Positions 9,591-19,208 of a stretch of DNA of 64,000 bases are shown one piece after another; position 1 is the stretch's first letter, and every line of letters begins with the position of its first letter. Below the pieces are notes generated by a model. The model was not told where the DNA came from. It worked only from the letters and a program-made list of their open reading frames with translations, and did not search any database. Source of the DNA: an uncultured Solirubrobacterales bacterium (GTDB taxonomy: Bacteria; Actinomycetota; Thermoleophilia; Solirubrobacterales; Solirubrobacteraceae); contig CAVURH010000008.1 in the NCBI GenBank assembly GCA_963743725.1, positions 924-64,923 on the forward strand. The letters are read 5' to 3'. The translations under genes and the position numbers were made by a program.

Positions 9591-9629
9591 CGCGGCGACG
9601 TACAGCCAACGCGGCGACGTATCAGCCAA
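9591..9629. repeat. Imperfect tandem duplication (19 nt + 20 nt)
   Basis: cgcggcgacgtacagccaa is followed directly by cgcggcgacgtatcagccaa. Confidence 0.6.
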
Positions 9630-9679
9630 CCTTAGGGTTCACGTAGAGCAGAGCAAGGCCCGAGCGCTGACGGCGGCCA

Positions 9680-9912
9680 GTGGCGAGCCCGGTCGCGGAT
9701 CTGCGCAAGGCGCTGATTGCGAACGGCACGGCCCTCGATGCGTGGATGGACATCACGCCATTAGCTCGCAACGAGTTCATCTGTTGGGTCGAGGATGCCA
9801 AGCAAGCGACCAGCCGCGAGCGCGCATTCGGCGGACGCAGGACGAGCTCGAGGAAGGCCAGCAGCAGAAGTGCCCATGCGTAGGACCACCCGATCCGCGC
9901 GGGTCGCGCTAG
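9680..9912 (+). pseudogene. YdeI/OmdA-family small protein, frameshift near 9821-9826
   Basis: VADLRKALIANGTALDAWMDITPLARNEFICWVEDAKQATSRER (ORF 9680..9883) continues as RIRRTQDELEEGQQQKCPC in the frame of ORF 9517..9912. The break sits in a gcgcgc stretch. Length is 233 nt, which is 3n+2. Confidence 0.55.
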
Positions 9913-10580
9913 CGGTCTTCAAGAACCTCACGCTCGCCGCGGTGCAGGACGCGTAGCACGAGCGTCAGCGCTGAGAGCATCGCCATCGTCGCGAGGGTGA
10001 TCTGGACGCTGAGGATGCCCTCCGCGGTCCAGTACACGTCGTCGAGCTTGAGCAGCAGAGCCGACTCGTCGAGAGTCAGTGCGACGCCGGCACCAAAGGG
10101 CACGGCGAGGAACGGGTCCAGGCGTTCGTCACGGGAGACAATCGCGACGGCGCCGGCGAGGAACGCGATCGCGATTCCGGGGACGAAGTGATGGATATGG
10201 TCATCGCCCGCGACCACGTTACGAAACGGGCCGAACTGACCCCGCGCGCGGATGGCCGCCGTCGAGGCGCGCGCGGACACGAACGTAGCGGTGAACGCGA
10301 GCAACAGGTTCAGCAACGCGTTCTCGCGCCTGGAGCCACCGCGGTAACCGGCCCGGGCGACTTGCACCGTCTGCCCGATCGCGATCTCGGCAGCGTGCAC
10401 GACATCGTCGGTCTCAGCCGGCATCGGCGCGTCGCCACGGCGCCACACGTGTGCGATCTCCGCCGCGAGCACCGCGAATGTCGTGACGGCCGCGGTGGCC
10501 GCGAGCGCCCGGGTGCGGCGCTCGGCAAGCAAGCGGCTGAGCCCGGCGCGGCGTTTGCGAACAAGAGCGAACGACGCCAT
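9909..10580 (-). CDS. Hypothetical integral membrane protein
   Basis: 223 aa with about 5 hydrophobic segments and a conserved-looking DDHIHHFVPGIAIAF. Its stop overlaps the convergent gene's stop at CTAG. Confidence 0.6.
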   Translation of the reverse strand: MASFALVRKRRAGLSRLLAERRTRALAATAAVTTFAVLAAEIAHVWRRGDAPMPAETDDVVHAAEIAIGQTVQVARAGYRGGSRRENALLNLLLAFTATFVSARASTAAIRARGQFGPFRNVVAGDDHIHHFVPGIAIAFLAGAVAIVSRDERLDPFLAVPFGAGVALTLDESALLLKLDDVYWTAEGILSVQITLATMAMLSALTLVLRVLHRGEREVLEDR

Positions 10581-10798
10581 CGATCGGCGAGACTACCGTC
10601 GGGTCTCCCGCGGCGAGGTTCTCATGTGCTCGTCGATCGCGTCGCCGAGAACTGCAGCCGCCAAATCAACCTGAGTGGCAAGCGCAACGCTGGCCAATGG
10701 GGCAACCACGGCTTGGGACGCGAAAGCTCGCAGCGTCGCCCGGAAACGTGTGTTAGCCGCGGCGGAGCACACGGTCTGCGTAGGCTGCGATCAGGCTG

Positions 10799-11311
10799 TT
10801 GACAGACAACGCATACGACGAGGAGATCACCTTGACCGAGCACACGCTTTTCATCGACTACGAGAACCTGCCCGCGCCGACCGACGGCTTCCTCGTCACC
10901 CAGTTCATCACCGTACGAAGCGTTGCGCGGTCCCGCGCGTTCTACTCCGAGGTCCTCGGCGGTCAGGTTGTGCTGGAGGAGAACCCGTGCATGATCAAGC
11001 TCGCCAATTCGTGGTTGATCATGAACCCAGGGGGCGGCCCCACCCCCGACAAGCCCGACGTCTCGGTGGTCAACTACGAGCCCGGGGACACCGTGTCGAG
11101 CTTCATGAACCTGCGCGTCGCCGACGTCCAGGCGTGCTATGAGGAGTGGAGTTCAAAGGGGGCCGAGTTCGTGACGCCGCCGATCGATCGCGGTGCCGAG
11201 ATTCGCTGTTACATGCGGGACCCCGACGGCTACATGATCGAAGTTGGCCAGTCCACCGGACTGCTTCACGGCAGACTCGCCAAGAAGCGGCCCGACGACC
11301 TGCCCGGCTAA
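10799..11311 (+). CDS. VOC/glyoxalase-family protein
   Basis: 170 aa. SRAFYSEVLGGQVV..GGGPTPDKPDV..FMNLRVADVQACYEEWSSKGAEFVTPP..EIRCYMRDPDGYMIEVGQ. It is a paralogue of both halves of 15874..16770. Confidence 0.8.
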   Translation: MTDNAYDEEITLTEHTLFIDYENLPAPTDGFLVTQFITVRSVARSRAFYSEVLGGQVVLEENPCMIKLANSWLIMNPGGGPTPDKPDVSVVNYEPGDTVSSFMNLRVADVQACYEEWSSKGAEFVTPPIDRGAEIRCYMRDPDGYMIEVGQSTGLLHGRLAKKRPDDLPG

Positions 11312-11711
11312 GACGACAAGACAGCGCGTGTCACCGCGATCGCCCTGAAGCGGTCTGATTGCGTGTGGCATCCGCCTGCCAAGACCTTCCCCCGAGGTGC
11401 CCGGCACCGACTCTGCAGGAGTGCGACTCCGCATCCCGCAGCAGATTCGTCATCAATGTGGGCCCGGGCGTCTCCTCGGTCGCTAACTCGATCGTCCGCG
11501 CCGCGGTGGCTGGAGGGTGAATACGATCGTCCGGACATCAAAGGAGGTCTCGACGGCCGAGCGATCGCAGGCGTGCATAGCGATCGTCAAGCGCCGGCGA
11601 TCGGCACGATCGAGGTGTCGCCATTGCGCAAGTGCGTCAACGGCCGTCGGGCTGCCGCAAAGCACAAGTGAGAGGGACGATCGCGTGTAGCCCAGTCGAG
11701 CAGCGGACTGT

Positions 11712-12155
11712 TCAGCCGTCCGATGCGCGTGCAACCTCGCGAGCCATGCGGAGCAACGAATGACGCAGGGCACCTGCTCGAAGCAGCGTGTCAGCCAAAC
11801 CCTTGAGCAGGCTTCCGCGCAACCCTTTACCTCGCACGGAGACACGAGCGAGGACGCGGCTTCCATCGTCAGCTGGCTGCACGTCGTAGTTAGCGTCGAT
11901 CATGATCGGCCCCGAAGCGGTTAACCCGAACGTGTGTGGACTTGCTTCGTGGACCTCGACCTCAAATGTCATCTGGTAACCGCCGAGGTTCCCGGCGACG
12001 CGCGCGCGGCTTCCAGCCCGTAGCACCGCGCTATCGATGTCTACGATCTCGAACGGAACAGGTGCCCACCGCCTGATCGCTTCGGGCCGGGTCAGAAGGT
12101 CAAGCACCTCCTCTGGAAGCGCGTTGAAACGGGCCTGAGTGGTCCACGTCGCCAT
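11712..12155 (-). CDS. SRPBCC (polyketide cyclase/START-like) family protein
   Basis: 147 aa from the ATG at 12155, with GGAG 10 nt upstream. MATWTTQARFNALPEEVLDLLTRPEAIRRWAP. Confidence 0.7.
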   Translation of the reverse strand: MATWTTQARFNALPEEVLDLLTRPEAIRRWAPVPFEIVDIDSAVLRAGSRARVAGNLGGYQMTFEVEVHEASPHTFGLTASGPIMIDANYDVQPADDGSRVLARVSVRGKGLRGSLLKGLADTLLRAGALRHSLLRMAREVARASDG

Positions 12156-12199
12156 CGACGACCTACTCCGGAGGATTGGCAGTCGGGTCCTAGGTCGGG

Positions 12200-12661
12200 T
12201 TAGGCCCCGCACGTGAAATGACCGAGGTTCAGAACCACCACTCCGCTCACGGGCTGACCCGCTGCCGGGGAGGTCGAGCAAACGCCCCAATCGAACTTAA
12301 GGATCACGTGCTTGCCGTTGCTGTTCAGGGCGTAGTGAATGCCCGCGTTGTCGAGCGCGCTGGTCGCGGTATCTAGGTCCTTCCCCACCACATCGGGCAT
12401 GACCGGGCCCGAGGAGGCCGGGGCTGACGTCGTGGTGGACGCTGGAGCAGGAGCGGGCTTTGGCTTCCGTTTGGCCTTCCTGGGCCGAGCGCTCGCCGTC
12501 GTCTTGGTCACCACGCTAGTACTAGTTACGACGGCAGTCGTGGTCGATGCGCCGGAACCGGCGCTCGTCGTCTCGGCCGCATTGTTTGTACTCGTGCCGC
12601 ACGCCGCCAAGCCAAGCGCGGCAACCCCCGCAAGGACGCTTCCAAGGATCCCTACCCTCAT
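12200..12661 (-). CDS. Lipoprotein with Ser/Thr-rich linker and single PASTA-like domain
   Basis: 153 aa. Lipobox LAAC. T/S-rich region, then the basic KAKRKPKPAPAP, then PDVVGKDLDTATSALDNAGIHY. Confidence 0.7.
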   Translation of the reverse strand: MRVGILGSVLAGVAALGLAACGTSTNNAAETTSAGSGASTTTAVVTSTSVVTKTTASARPRKAKRKPKPAPAPASTTTSAPASSGPVMPDVVGKDLDTATSALDNAGIHYALNSNGKHVILKFDWGVCSTSPAAGQPVSGVVVLNLGHFTCGA

Positions 12662-13242
12662 ATCTATGCCTCCGTTCGTTGCCCCTGACCAGCAGTCTCC
12701 TGGTCGCTACGGTCGAGAACGTAGCTGACAGGCGGTCACGCTCGCACCAGGGATACACCCCAGTTAAACCTCGCCGTCAAGGTCAGTGTCGGAAGCCACG
12801 AATTCGGTCCCAGCGCGCCTCCTGATGGGCTTGCGTGGGGGTGGGTCGCGGGCCAGTTGGCAGCAAGTCGAGTGGCTCCTCGCTCTTGCGTTGGCGGAGA
12901 CTGCTGCACCGCCAAGATGAACATCGGTGACGTCCCATTTGCTGCAACCAGCGCCCGCTCGCCGTCGAGATCGAGCCCAGTGAGCAGGCGTGGCGGCTCG
13001 GCCAGCCGGCCCGCCTCAAGCAGCACATCGGCAGTGGATCGCTCGCACTTCTGGCCTCGCCCAACCGGGGCTGTGGCCGACTGTTATCGGACCCAAGCGC
13101 CTCTGCGGCGTCTCCACAGTCCCGTGTCATCCATTGACTGGCTCAGCCGCGCACACGACAAGCTCCCTGACGATGGCTCGGTCGCCGAAGGCATCGCATG
13201 CATCCGACGCTCGCCAGGCCAAAGCGATGGTTAGCGCGAACC

Positions 13243-13857
13243 CTATGAGGAGGCGGGTGCGGCGGATGCGCGCTCGACCGCGCGCTGATATGCCGGGCGC
13301 TCGAAGAGCTTCGTCAGGTAGTCATCGAGCACCGGTGAGAACGGCTCGGGAAATTTCGCTCGTTTGGCGAACGAGAGTGCCGTACTAACCAGCACGTCCG
13401 CGACGCCGAAGCGCCCGTCGACGAGGTACTCCTCGCGATCGAGGCTTTGCTTGACGGCATTGGCCGCCTTGAAGAACCGGCTGCGTGCCTTCTCGGCGCG
13501 TTCGGGTTCGGTCTCGCGGAAGATCGCAGCCTCGATCAGGGGCGGCTCCAGCTCCGCCGGGGCGAAGATCGACCATTGGTACGCCAGCGCTCGCGCGTAC
13601 GTTCCCAATCCTCCGATCAGGCCGGCGTCCGGGTACAGGTCTGCGAGATGTAGACAGATCGCAGCAGACTCGAACACGTAGCCATCGTCGAATTGCACGA
13701 CGGGCACGCGTCCGAGAGGCTGGCGCTTTCGGTGCTCTTCCCCGCTGCCCTCCTCCCAATTCATGATCGTCAACTCGTAGGGCTCGCCGATCTCCTCAAG
13801 TAGCCACAGAACCCTCCGGGGTCGCCCCGCATGCTCGCGGTGAAAGACGTGGAGCAT
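13243..13857 (-). CDS. Glutathione S-transferase family protein
   Basis: 204 aa from MLHVF. RVLWLLEEIGEPYEL..PLGRVPVVQFDDGYVFESAAICLHLAD..LVDGRFGVADV. Confidence 0.85.
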   Translation of the reverse strand: MLHVFHREHAGRPRRVLWLLEEIGEPYELTIMNWEEGSGEEHRKRQPLGRVPVVQFDDGYVFESAAICLHLADLYPDAGLIGGLGTYARALAYQWSIFAPAELEPPLIEAAIFRETEPERAEKARSRFFKAANAVKQSLDREEYLVDGRFGVADVLVSTALSFAKRAKFPEPFSPVLDDYLTKLFERPAYQRAVERASAAPASS

Positions 13858-14028
13858 TGCGCGGACGATATCCGTCCCGAAGCCGTAATGCCGCGCGCAA
13901 TGGCGCATGGCGGATAGGGCAGCCGGCGATCGGCGCCGCTCCTGCTCAGCCGCAGCGCAGTGCGCAGCGCGTGGCGTGGCGACGACAGGCGGGTGTTGCA
14001 GCCGGTCTGGCGTCCCACCCGTGTTCGT

Positions 14029-14841
14029 TCACACCGCTTCCGGCTCCTCGGTCTTGAAGCGACGCGTCAGCGTCGCACCGATCGCGATCAGTCCCGCTCC
14101 GACCCACCACGGCGTCGGAGCGCCAGCCGACAGGACCACCACGCCAGTGATCGCGATCCACGGTGTGACCTGACCGACGAACTCGTCGATCGGGGGCGGC
14201 TCAGCCGCGTCTCCTTCCGCGATCGATTCGAGCGCCTTAACGCGCTTGGGGTACCAGATCGTGAACTGGGCTGCGACGATCATCGGCAGCGTCTGGATGA
14301 TCCACCCCGTCCAGAGGTTGTTCGGGTTGTCGAGCACGAGATCGCCGTAGAAGCCCGACACAGCGGCGATCAAAAAGGCGCCGACCCAGACCCATGAGAG
14401 CACATAGTTCGTATGCAGGAACACGGGGTTGTCCCAGATCTCGGGTTCCGCCTGCTCCTTGGCGTAGGCGAGCGTGAACGGCTTGCGGATCATGATCGAG
14501 CCGAGCGCGATGACAACGAGCGCGATATTCGCCACCTCGCCCGACCACCGCTCGAGCCAGTGGTGGGTGTCCGCGGGGGCGACCGCGACGACGACACAGA
14601 GTGCGCCGAAGAACACAACGTCGGAATACTCGAGCAGCTTCGGGGTGCCGCCGCGGTACCAGCTCAGCATCAGGATTGCCAGCGCCAGGCCGAACGCCAT
14701 CGCGGACGAGATCTCGAGCCGTCCCGGGCCCTCGATGATGCTGTAGACGATCCACGGGGCGAGGCCGGCGAGCGGATTGTCCAGCACCGCCCCCGCCAGC
14801 GGGTCGATGGCTCGAGTCGGCTTCTTCACCTGGGTAGCCAT
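14029..14841 (-). CDS. Hypothetical integral membrane protein
   Basis: 270 aa with about 8 hydrophobic segments. No family recognised. Confidence 0.7.
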   Translation of the reverse strand: MATQVKKPTRAIDPLAGAVLDNPLAGLAPWIVYSIIEGPGRLEISSAMAFGLALAILMLSWYRGGTPKLLEYSDVVFFGALCVVVAVAPADTHHWLERWSGEVANIALVVIALGSIMIRKPFTLAYAKEQAEPEIWDNPVFLHTNYVLSWVWVGAFLIAAVSGFYGDLVLDNPNNLWTGWIIQTLPMIVAAQFTIWYPKRVKALESIAEGDAAEPPPIDEFVGQVTPWIAITGVVVLSAGAPTPWWVGAGLIAIGATLTRRFKTEEPEAV

Positions 14842-15040
14842 GCTCGAGCCTCTCGTGTATCTCGGGCTGCCATCACGGTGCTGAATCGACCAGGAGCCAG
14901 AAAACCTTGACCTATCGCCCAGGGATCTCGCGGTCTACAGCTACAACCGCGACGGCGAGGCTAGGCAGAACCACGCGCTAGCGATGTCCCCGCCCATGTC
15001 CCAACCCGCCCAAATCTGGTCCCGCTTAACATCACCCAAC

Positions 15041-15427
15041 CTATTGGCTCTGGGCTTTCGCGATGCACGCCACGGTGATGCCACGTTCCTTGTCGCTGTT
15101 GGCCCCCTGCTCAAGATCGGCTTGGGTCTTGAATCGGGCCGCCAGGAAGCGCTTCTGGAAGCAGTGCGCAGCGAACACTCTCTGGCTCGCGGTCAGTTGG
15201 GGGGCGCTGCTATTGGCGACTTGCAGCGCAAAGTTGTAGAAAGTCGGCGACGCGATAGGCGTCGATTTAGGCAGTTGGCTCGGGCTGGAACTGGTCGGTG
15301 TGGTCGAAGATGCTGGGGTACTCGCGGTGGGAGTCTCAGTCTTGCTGCTTGAACTGCCGCAGCCCGCCACCGCACCTGCAGCGACGGCCAACAGCAACGC
15401 GATCTGGCACCGGTGCGACGTGCTCAT
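15041..15427 (-). CDS. Hypothetical lipoprotein
   Basis: 128 aa from MSTSH. Lipobox VAGC followed by an S/T/P-rich linker. Confidence 0.6.
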   Translation of the reverse strand: MSTSHRCQIALLLAVAAGAVAGCGSSSSKTETPTASTPASSTTPTSSSPSQLPKSTPIASPTFYNFALQVANSSAPQLTASQRVFAAHCFQKRFLAARFKTQADLEQGANSDKERGITVACIAKAQSQ

Positions 15428-15873
15428 CAGTGTCCTCCCTGTCCGGCTGCGATCCAAGCAGTGGCACTGCTGTCAGGACCGCGTTCAGCGTCGAGATGGC
15501 TCAAGTTAGCGACTGTACTCGGCTCTGCCAAGACTCTCGCTCCGCCACCGCCGCCCGCGACTGTCTCGTCGCCGAAGCAGCCGCCGTCCGGAAACGCAGC
15601 CTCGCCGACTGCTGGTTGTTGGATCACGCCTTACGGAGTCATGCTGGCCGGCTGGCCGCTTCGGTCGGCAACCAGAAGCAGGCGATGTTGGTACTGGCGC
15701 TCAGAGTCCCAAGGCACAGGGCTCTCGGCGACCTCCACCCACGCCGACGCCGACGCGAATCGAACGGGTTCTTGACGCGTGCCCTGGAAGGGGATGGAAT
15801 GCGCGTTCAATAAGACACCGGCTTCAGACCCGGTCGTAAGCGAGGTGTGAGGCCCAACCAGTGGAGGTGCCAG

Positions 15874-16770
15874 ATGGCGGAGCTACCACCGCCCCCGGAG
15901 GGGATTGTGCTGGCCCACTTCATCGTCTCTGACGATGTCGAGCGCTCTCGGCGCTTCTATGCAGAAGTACTCGGCGGCAGGGTGGCCTTCTCCGGCCCCG
16001 GAGGGCTGACCTACGTCGCGCTATCCAACAGCTGGATCATCACCAACGTCGGGGGCGGCCCGACGGACGACAAGCCTACGGTCACCCTGCAGACACCAGG
16101 CGATCCCGACCGGGTCAGCAGCTTCCTGAATATCCGGGTCAAAGACATCGCGGCCGTGTACGCCGAATGGAGCGCCCGTGGCGCGGAATTTCTGACGCCG
16201 CCCAAGCAGCACCAGTACGAGATCCGCTGCTACATCCGCGATCCCGACGGACACATCATCGAAGTCGGGCAAACCACCGACCCAGAAGGGGACTGGACGC
16301 CCGCTCACTGGCCATCGAGTACGCCCCCAGAGGGGCTTGTGATGACCCACTTCATCGTCTCTGACGATGTCGAGCGCTCTCGGCGCTTCTACACCGAAGT
16401 GCTCGGCGGCAGGGTCGTCTTCTCCGGAAAGCCGTCCGGAGAGCCGACCAATGTCGCACTATCGAACAGCTGGATCGTCATCAGCGTCGGCGGTGGACCG
16501 ACGGACGACAAGCCTACGGTCACCCTGCAGACACCAGGCGATCCCGACCGGGTCAGCAGCTTCCTGAATATCCGGGTCAAAGACATCGCGGCCGTGTACG
16601 CCGAATGGAGCGCCCGTGGCGCGGAATTTCTGACGCCGCCCAAGCAGCACCAGTACGAGATCCGCTGCTACATCCGCGATCCCGACGGACACATCATCGA
16701 AGTCGGGCAAACCACCGACCCAGAAGGGGACTGGACGCCCGCTCAGTGGCCATCCGAGCAGACGACTTGA
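15874..16770 (+). CDS. Two-domain VOC/glyoxalase-family protein (internal tandem duplication)
   Basis: GGAGG lies 6 nt before the ATG at 15874. The two halves are near-identical; each has HFIVSDDVERSRRFY..EVLGGRV..GGGPTDDKPTVTLQTPGDPDRVSSFLNIRVKDIAAVYAEWSARGAEFLTPPKQHQYEIRCYIRDPDGHIIEVGQTTDPEGDWTPA. Confidence 0.85.
   Translation: MAELPPPPEGIVLAHFIVSDDVERSRRFYAEVLGGRVAFSGPGGLTYVALSNSWIITNVGGGPTDDKPTVTLQTPGDPDRVSSFLNIRVKDIAAVYAEWSARGAEFLTPPKQHQYEIRCYIRDPDGHIIEVGQTTDPEGDWTPAHWPSSTPPEGLVMTHFIVSDDVERSRRFYTEVLGGRVVFSGKPSGEPTNVALSNSWIVISVGGGPTDDKPTVTLQTPGDPDRVSSFLNIRVKDIAAVYAEWSARGAEFLTPPKQHQYEIRCYIRDPDGHIIEVGQTTDPEGDWTPAQWPSEQTT
16060..16307. repeat. 248-bp perfect direct repeat, copy 1 (inside the VOC gene)
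   Basis: Base-by-base comparison shows it is identical to 16498..16745, at an offset of 438 bp. Confidence 0.9.
16498..16745. repeat. 248-bp perfect direct repeat, copy 2 (inside the VOC gene)
   Basis: Identical to 16060..16307. A further 46-bp identical block (15914..15959 = 16346..16391) lies at an offset of 432 bp. Confidence 0.9.
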
Positions 16771-16786
16771 GAGACGGGTTCGGGTC

Positions 16787-17422
16787 ATGAGCACCGCGAT
16801 CATCGGCACTGGAGGGCTCGGGTCGGTCATCGCCCGCCGGCTCGCGTCAGGCGGCGAGACCCTGCGTCTCTCGAGCGCCGACACAGAGTCGGCACGAACG
16901 CTGGCCGCGGCGATCGGGCGAGGGGCGGCCGCTGCCAGCGACAACCGCGACGCGTTGCAGGGCGCCGATGCCGTCATCCTCGCGCTGCGGTTTGGCGTGC
17001 TGAAGGGCGTCATAGAAGAGATCGCCGACCCGCTAACCGACAAGCTCGTGGTCGTTCCGAGCAACCCGGTTGGCCTCGACGCACATGGGAAAATCGTGCG
17101 TCTCCTGCCGCAAGGGCAATCCTCTGGGAAGGTTGTAGCTGGGTGGCTGCCGCAGGGGGCGCGCCTGGCCATGGCGTTTGGCAGCATGTCGGGCGATCTC
17201 TTCGAGTCGTCTAGCAACCGATCACCGGAGCCGGCCGTCCTCTTCTACGTCACGGACGACGAGCGCGCCGGCGGGCAAGTCGAACAATTGATCCGAACGG
17301 CCGGCTTCGAGCCCATGAAGGTCGGCGGCGTCGAACAGTCCGGTCGACTCGAGGTGGGCGGCGACCTCCACGATCTCGTAGTCGGCCCCGCGGAGGCGCG
17401 GTCATTGATCGGTGGCATCTGA
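16787..17422 (+). CDS. NADP oxidoreductase, coenzyme F420-dependent / ProC-like family
   Basis: 211 aa. N-terminal MSTAIIGTGGLGSVIARRLASGG Rossmann motif. C-terminal AGFEPMKVGG..GRLEVGGDLH. Confidence 0.75.
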   Translation: MSTAIIGTGGLGSVIARRLASGGETLRLSSADTESARTLAAAIGRGAAAASDNRDALQGADAVILALRFGVLKGVIEEIADPLTDKLVVVPSNPVGLDAHGKIVRLLPQGQSSGKVVAGWLPQGARLAMAFGSMSGDLFESSSNRSPEPAVLFYVTDDERAGGQVEQLIRTAGFEPMKVGGVEQSGRLEVGGDLHDLVVGPAEARSLIGGI

Positions 17423-17453
17423 TCGCCTCGCGGCCATGGCCGGCCGGCTTCGC

Positions 17454-17487
17454 GGAAGGGCGGGCTTGGCGATCGCCTTTCCTTTTT
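17454..17487 (+). terminator. Rho-independent terminator candidate
   Basis: ggaagggcg (17454-62) pairs with cgcctttcc (17474-82) with 1 mismatch. The loop is 11 nt, followed by TTTTT (17483-87). It lies 32 nt after the stop at 17422. Confidence 0.5.
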
Positions 17488-17668
17488 CACCCGTCACACC
17501 CAACCAGCGAGGAAGGCGGCTGCTCGCAGATCCTCGCTACCTCGTAGTTGAACGGCTGTGGGTGAGCTGGCTAACGGTGTACGGAGGCTGACGGGTTTTC
17601 TAGGCTGTTCAGTGGGAAGCACCTCCTCAATAGGTGGCGAAGCTCACCTGCGAGCGAGGGGAGGAACC

Positions 17669-19078
17669 ATGGACGCACTGCGACCAAGCGGCCGGACGAT
17701 CTATTTCTTCGGCGCATTGGGGGGTTTGCTCTTCGGCTATGACACGGGCGTCATCTCCGGCGCTCTGCTGTTCATCCCGAACGATTTCAAGCTGTCGCCG
17801 TTTCTGCAGGGTGCAATCGTCGCCGGTCTGCTTCTCGGCGCGATGCTCGGCTCGGCGGTTGCCGGTCGCCTGTCTGACAGGCTGGGTCGTCGCAAGCTGA
17901 TCATCATCGCCGCCGTGGTGTTCACAGCCGGGGCGATCCTCGCCGCGGCCGCGCCCACCGTCGCGGTTCTCATCGTCGCGCGCTTCATCATCGGTCTCGC
18001 TGTTGGTTCGGCGGCACTGGTCGTGCCGCTCTATCTCTCCGAGATCGCACCGACCGACGTTCGTGGTGCGATCACGTCGCTAAACCAGTTGATGGTCGTG
18101 GGCGGCATCCTCGCTGCGTTCATCGTCAACGCGATCCTTGCGTCCTCGGGCAATTGGCGTCTGATGCTCGGCTTGGCCGCGGTCCCGTCGCTGATTCTTC
18201 TGGTCGGCATGCTGTTCATGCCCGAGACGCCGCGATTCCTGGTGCACGCCGGTGAGGAGGAGACGGCCCGCGAGGTGATCGAGGACCTGCCCGGCGATGA
18301 GCGACCCGACGAGCGGATCGGAGAGATCCGCGAGGTTGAGCAGCACGAAGAGGGCGGCACGGGGCTCGGCGCACTGTGGCGGGCCAAATGGGTCCGGCCG
18401 GCGTTGTTGGTTGCAACCGGCCTCGCCGTTTTCCAGCAGCTCGTCGGGATCAACACGATCATCTATTACGCGCCCACGACGTTGACGAACGTCGGGTTCG
18501 CCAAGACGAGCGCGATCTACGCGAACCTCATCATCGGCGTGATCAACGTGGCGTTGACGGTCATCGCAATCCGCCTCATCGACCGCGTGGGCCGTAAACC
18601 CATGCTGCACGCGGGCGTCGGCGGCATGGTCGCCAGCCTGCTTGTACTCGGGATCTCGCTCTCGGCTTTGCCGACGCCTCACCATCCGAGCGACCCGGCG
18701 GCAATCATCACGCTCGTGTGCCTCGCCACGTTTATTGCGTCATTCGCGGCCACGTGGGGCCCGGTCGTGTGGGTGATGATTCCCGAGGTCCTGCCGCTGA
18801 GCGTACGCGGCACCGCAATGGGTGTCGCGGTGTTTGGCAACTGGGCGGCCAACTTCCTGGTCTCTCAGACCTTCCCGGCCCTGCTCAAGGCCTTCGGCCC
18901 GGGACCGGTGTTCCTCGGTTACGCCGGCTTGGGCGTACTCGCCGGCCTGTTCGTGAAGGCGTTCGTGTCCGAGACTAAGGGCCGCAGCCTCGAGGAGATC
19001 GAGGCCGACCTCCACGCTGCAACCGGCCCGAAGAGAAGAAGCCAAGCCGCACGGAGGCAGGCCACGCTCTCCGGGTAG
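17669..19078 (+). CDS. MFS sugar porter (inositol/glucose:H+ symporter-like)
   Basis: GGGAGGA lies before the ATG at 17669. FGALGGLLFGYDTGVISGAL, GRLSDRLGRRK, PESPRF-like PETPRFL and VPEVLPLSVRGTAMG are present. Confidence 0.9.
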   Translation: MDALRPSGRTIYFFGALGGLLFGYDTGVISGALLFIPNDFKLSPFLQGAIVAGLLLGAMLGSAVAGRLSDRLGRRKLIIIAAVVFTAGAILAAAAPTVAVLIVARFIIGLAVGSAALVVPLYLSEIAPTDVRGAITSLNQLMVVGGILAAFIVNAILASSGNWRLMLGLAAVPSLILLVGMLFMPETPRFLVHAGEEETAREVIEDLPGDERPDERIGEIREVEQHEEGGTGLGALWRAKWVRPALLVATGLAVFQQLVGINTIIYYAPTTLTNVGFAKTSAIYANLIIGVINVALTVIAIRLIDRVGRKPMLHAGVGGMVASLLVLGISLSALPTPHHPSDPAAIITLVCLATFIASFAATWGPVVWVMIPEVLPLSVRGTAMGVAVFGNWAANFLVSQTFPALLKAFGPGPVFLGYAGLGVLAGLFVKAFVSETKGRSLEEIEADLHAATGPKRRSQAARRQATLSG

Positions 19079-19208
19079 GCGCGCAGAAGCCGCTATACGC
19101 TCACGCCGCTGTCAGGACAGTGCGGCGCGGGTGTTCTCCGATCGGCGCAGCGGGTCTCGGCGACGTGGGAAGCAGGGTCGTCACGAGCACACACGTAGGA
19201 TCCCGAGC

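Noticed and set aside
11483-11711. HTH-like peptide (TAEQSAARLGYTRSSLSLVL..) downstream of the SRPBCC gene. Also the fragmentary ORFs in 12662..13242.
   Set aside because: There is no plausible start codon or ribosome-binding site, and the upstream half of the ORF overlaps the SRPBCC gene in another frame. These are possibly decayed gene remnants but are not reportable as features.
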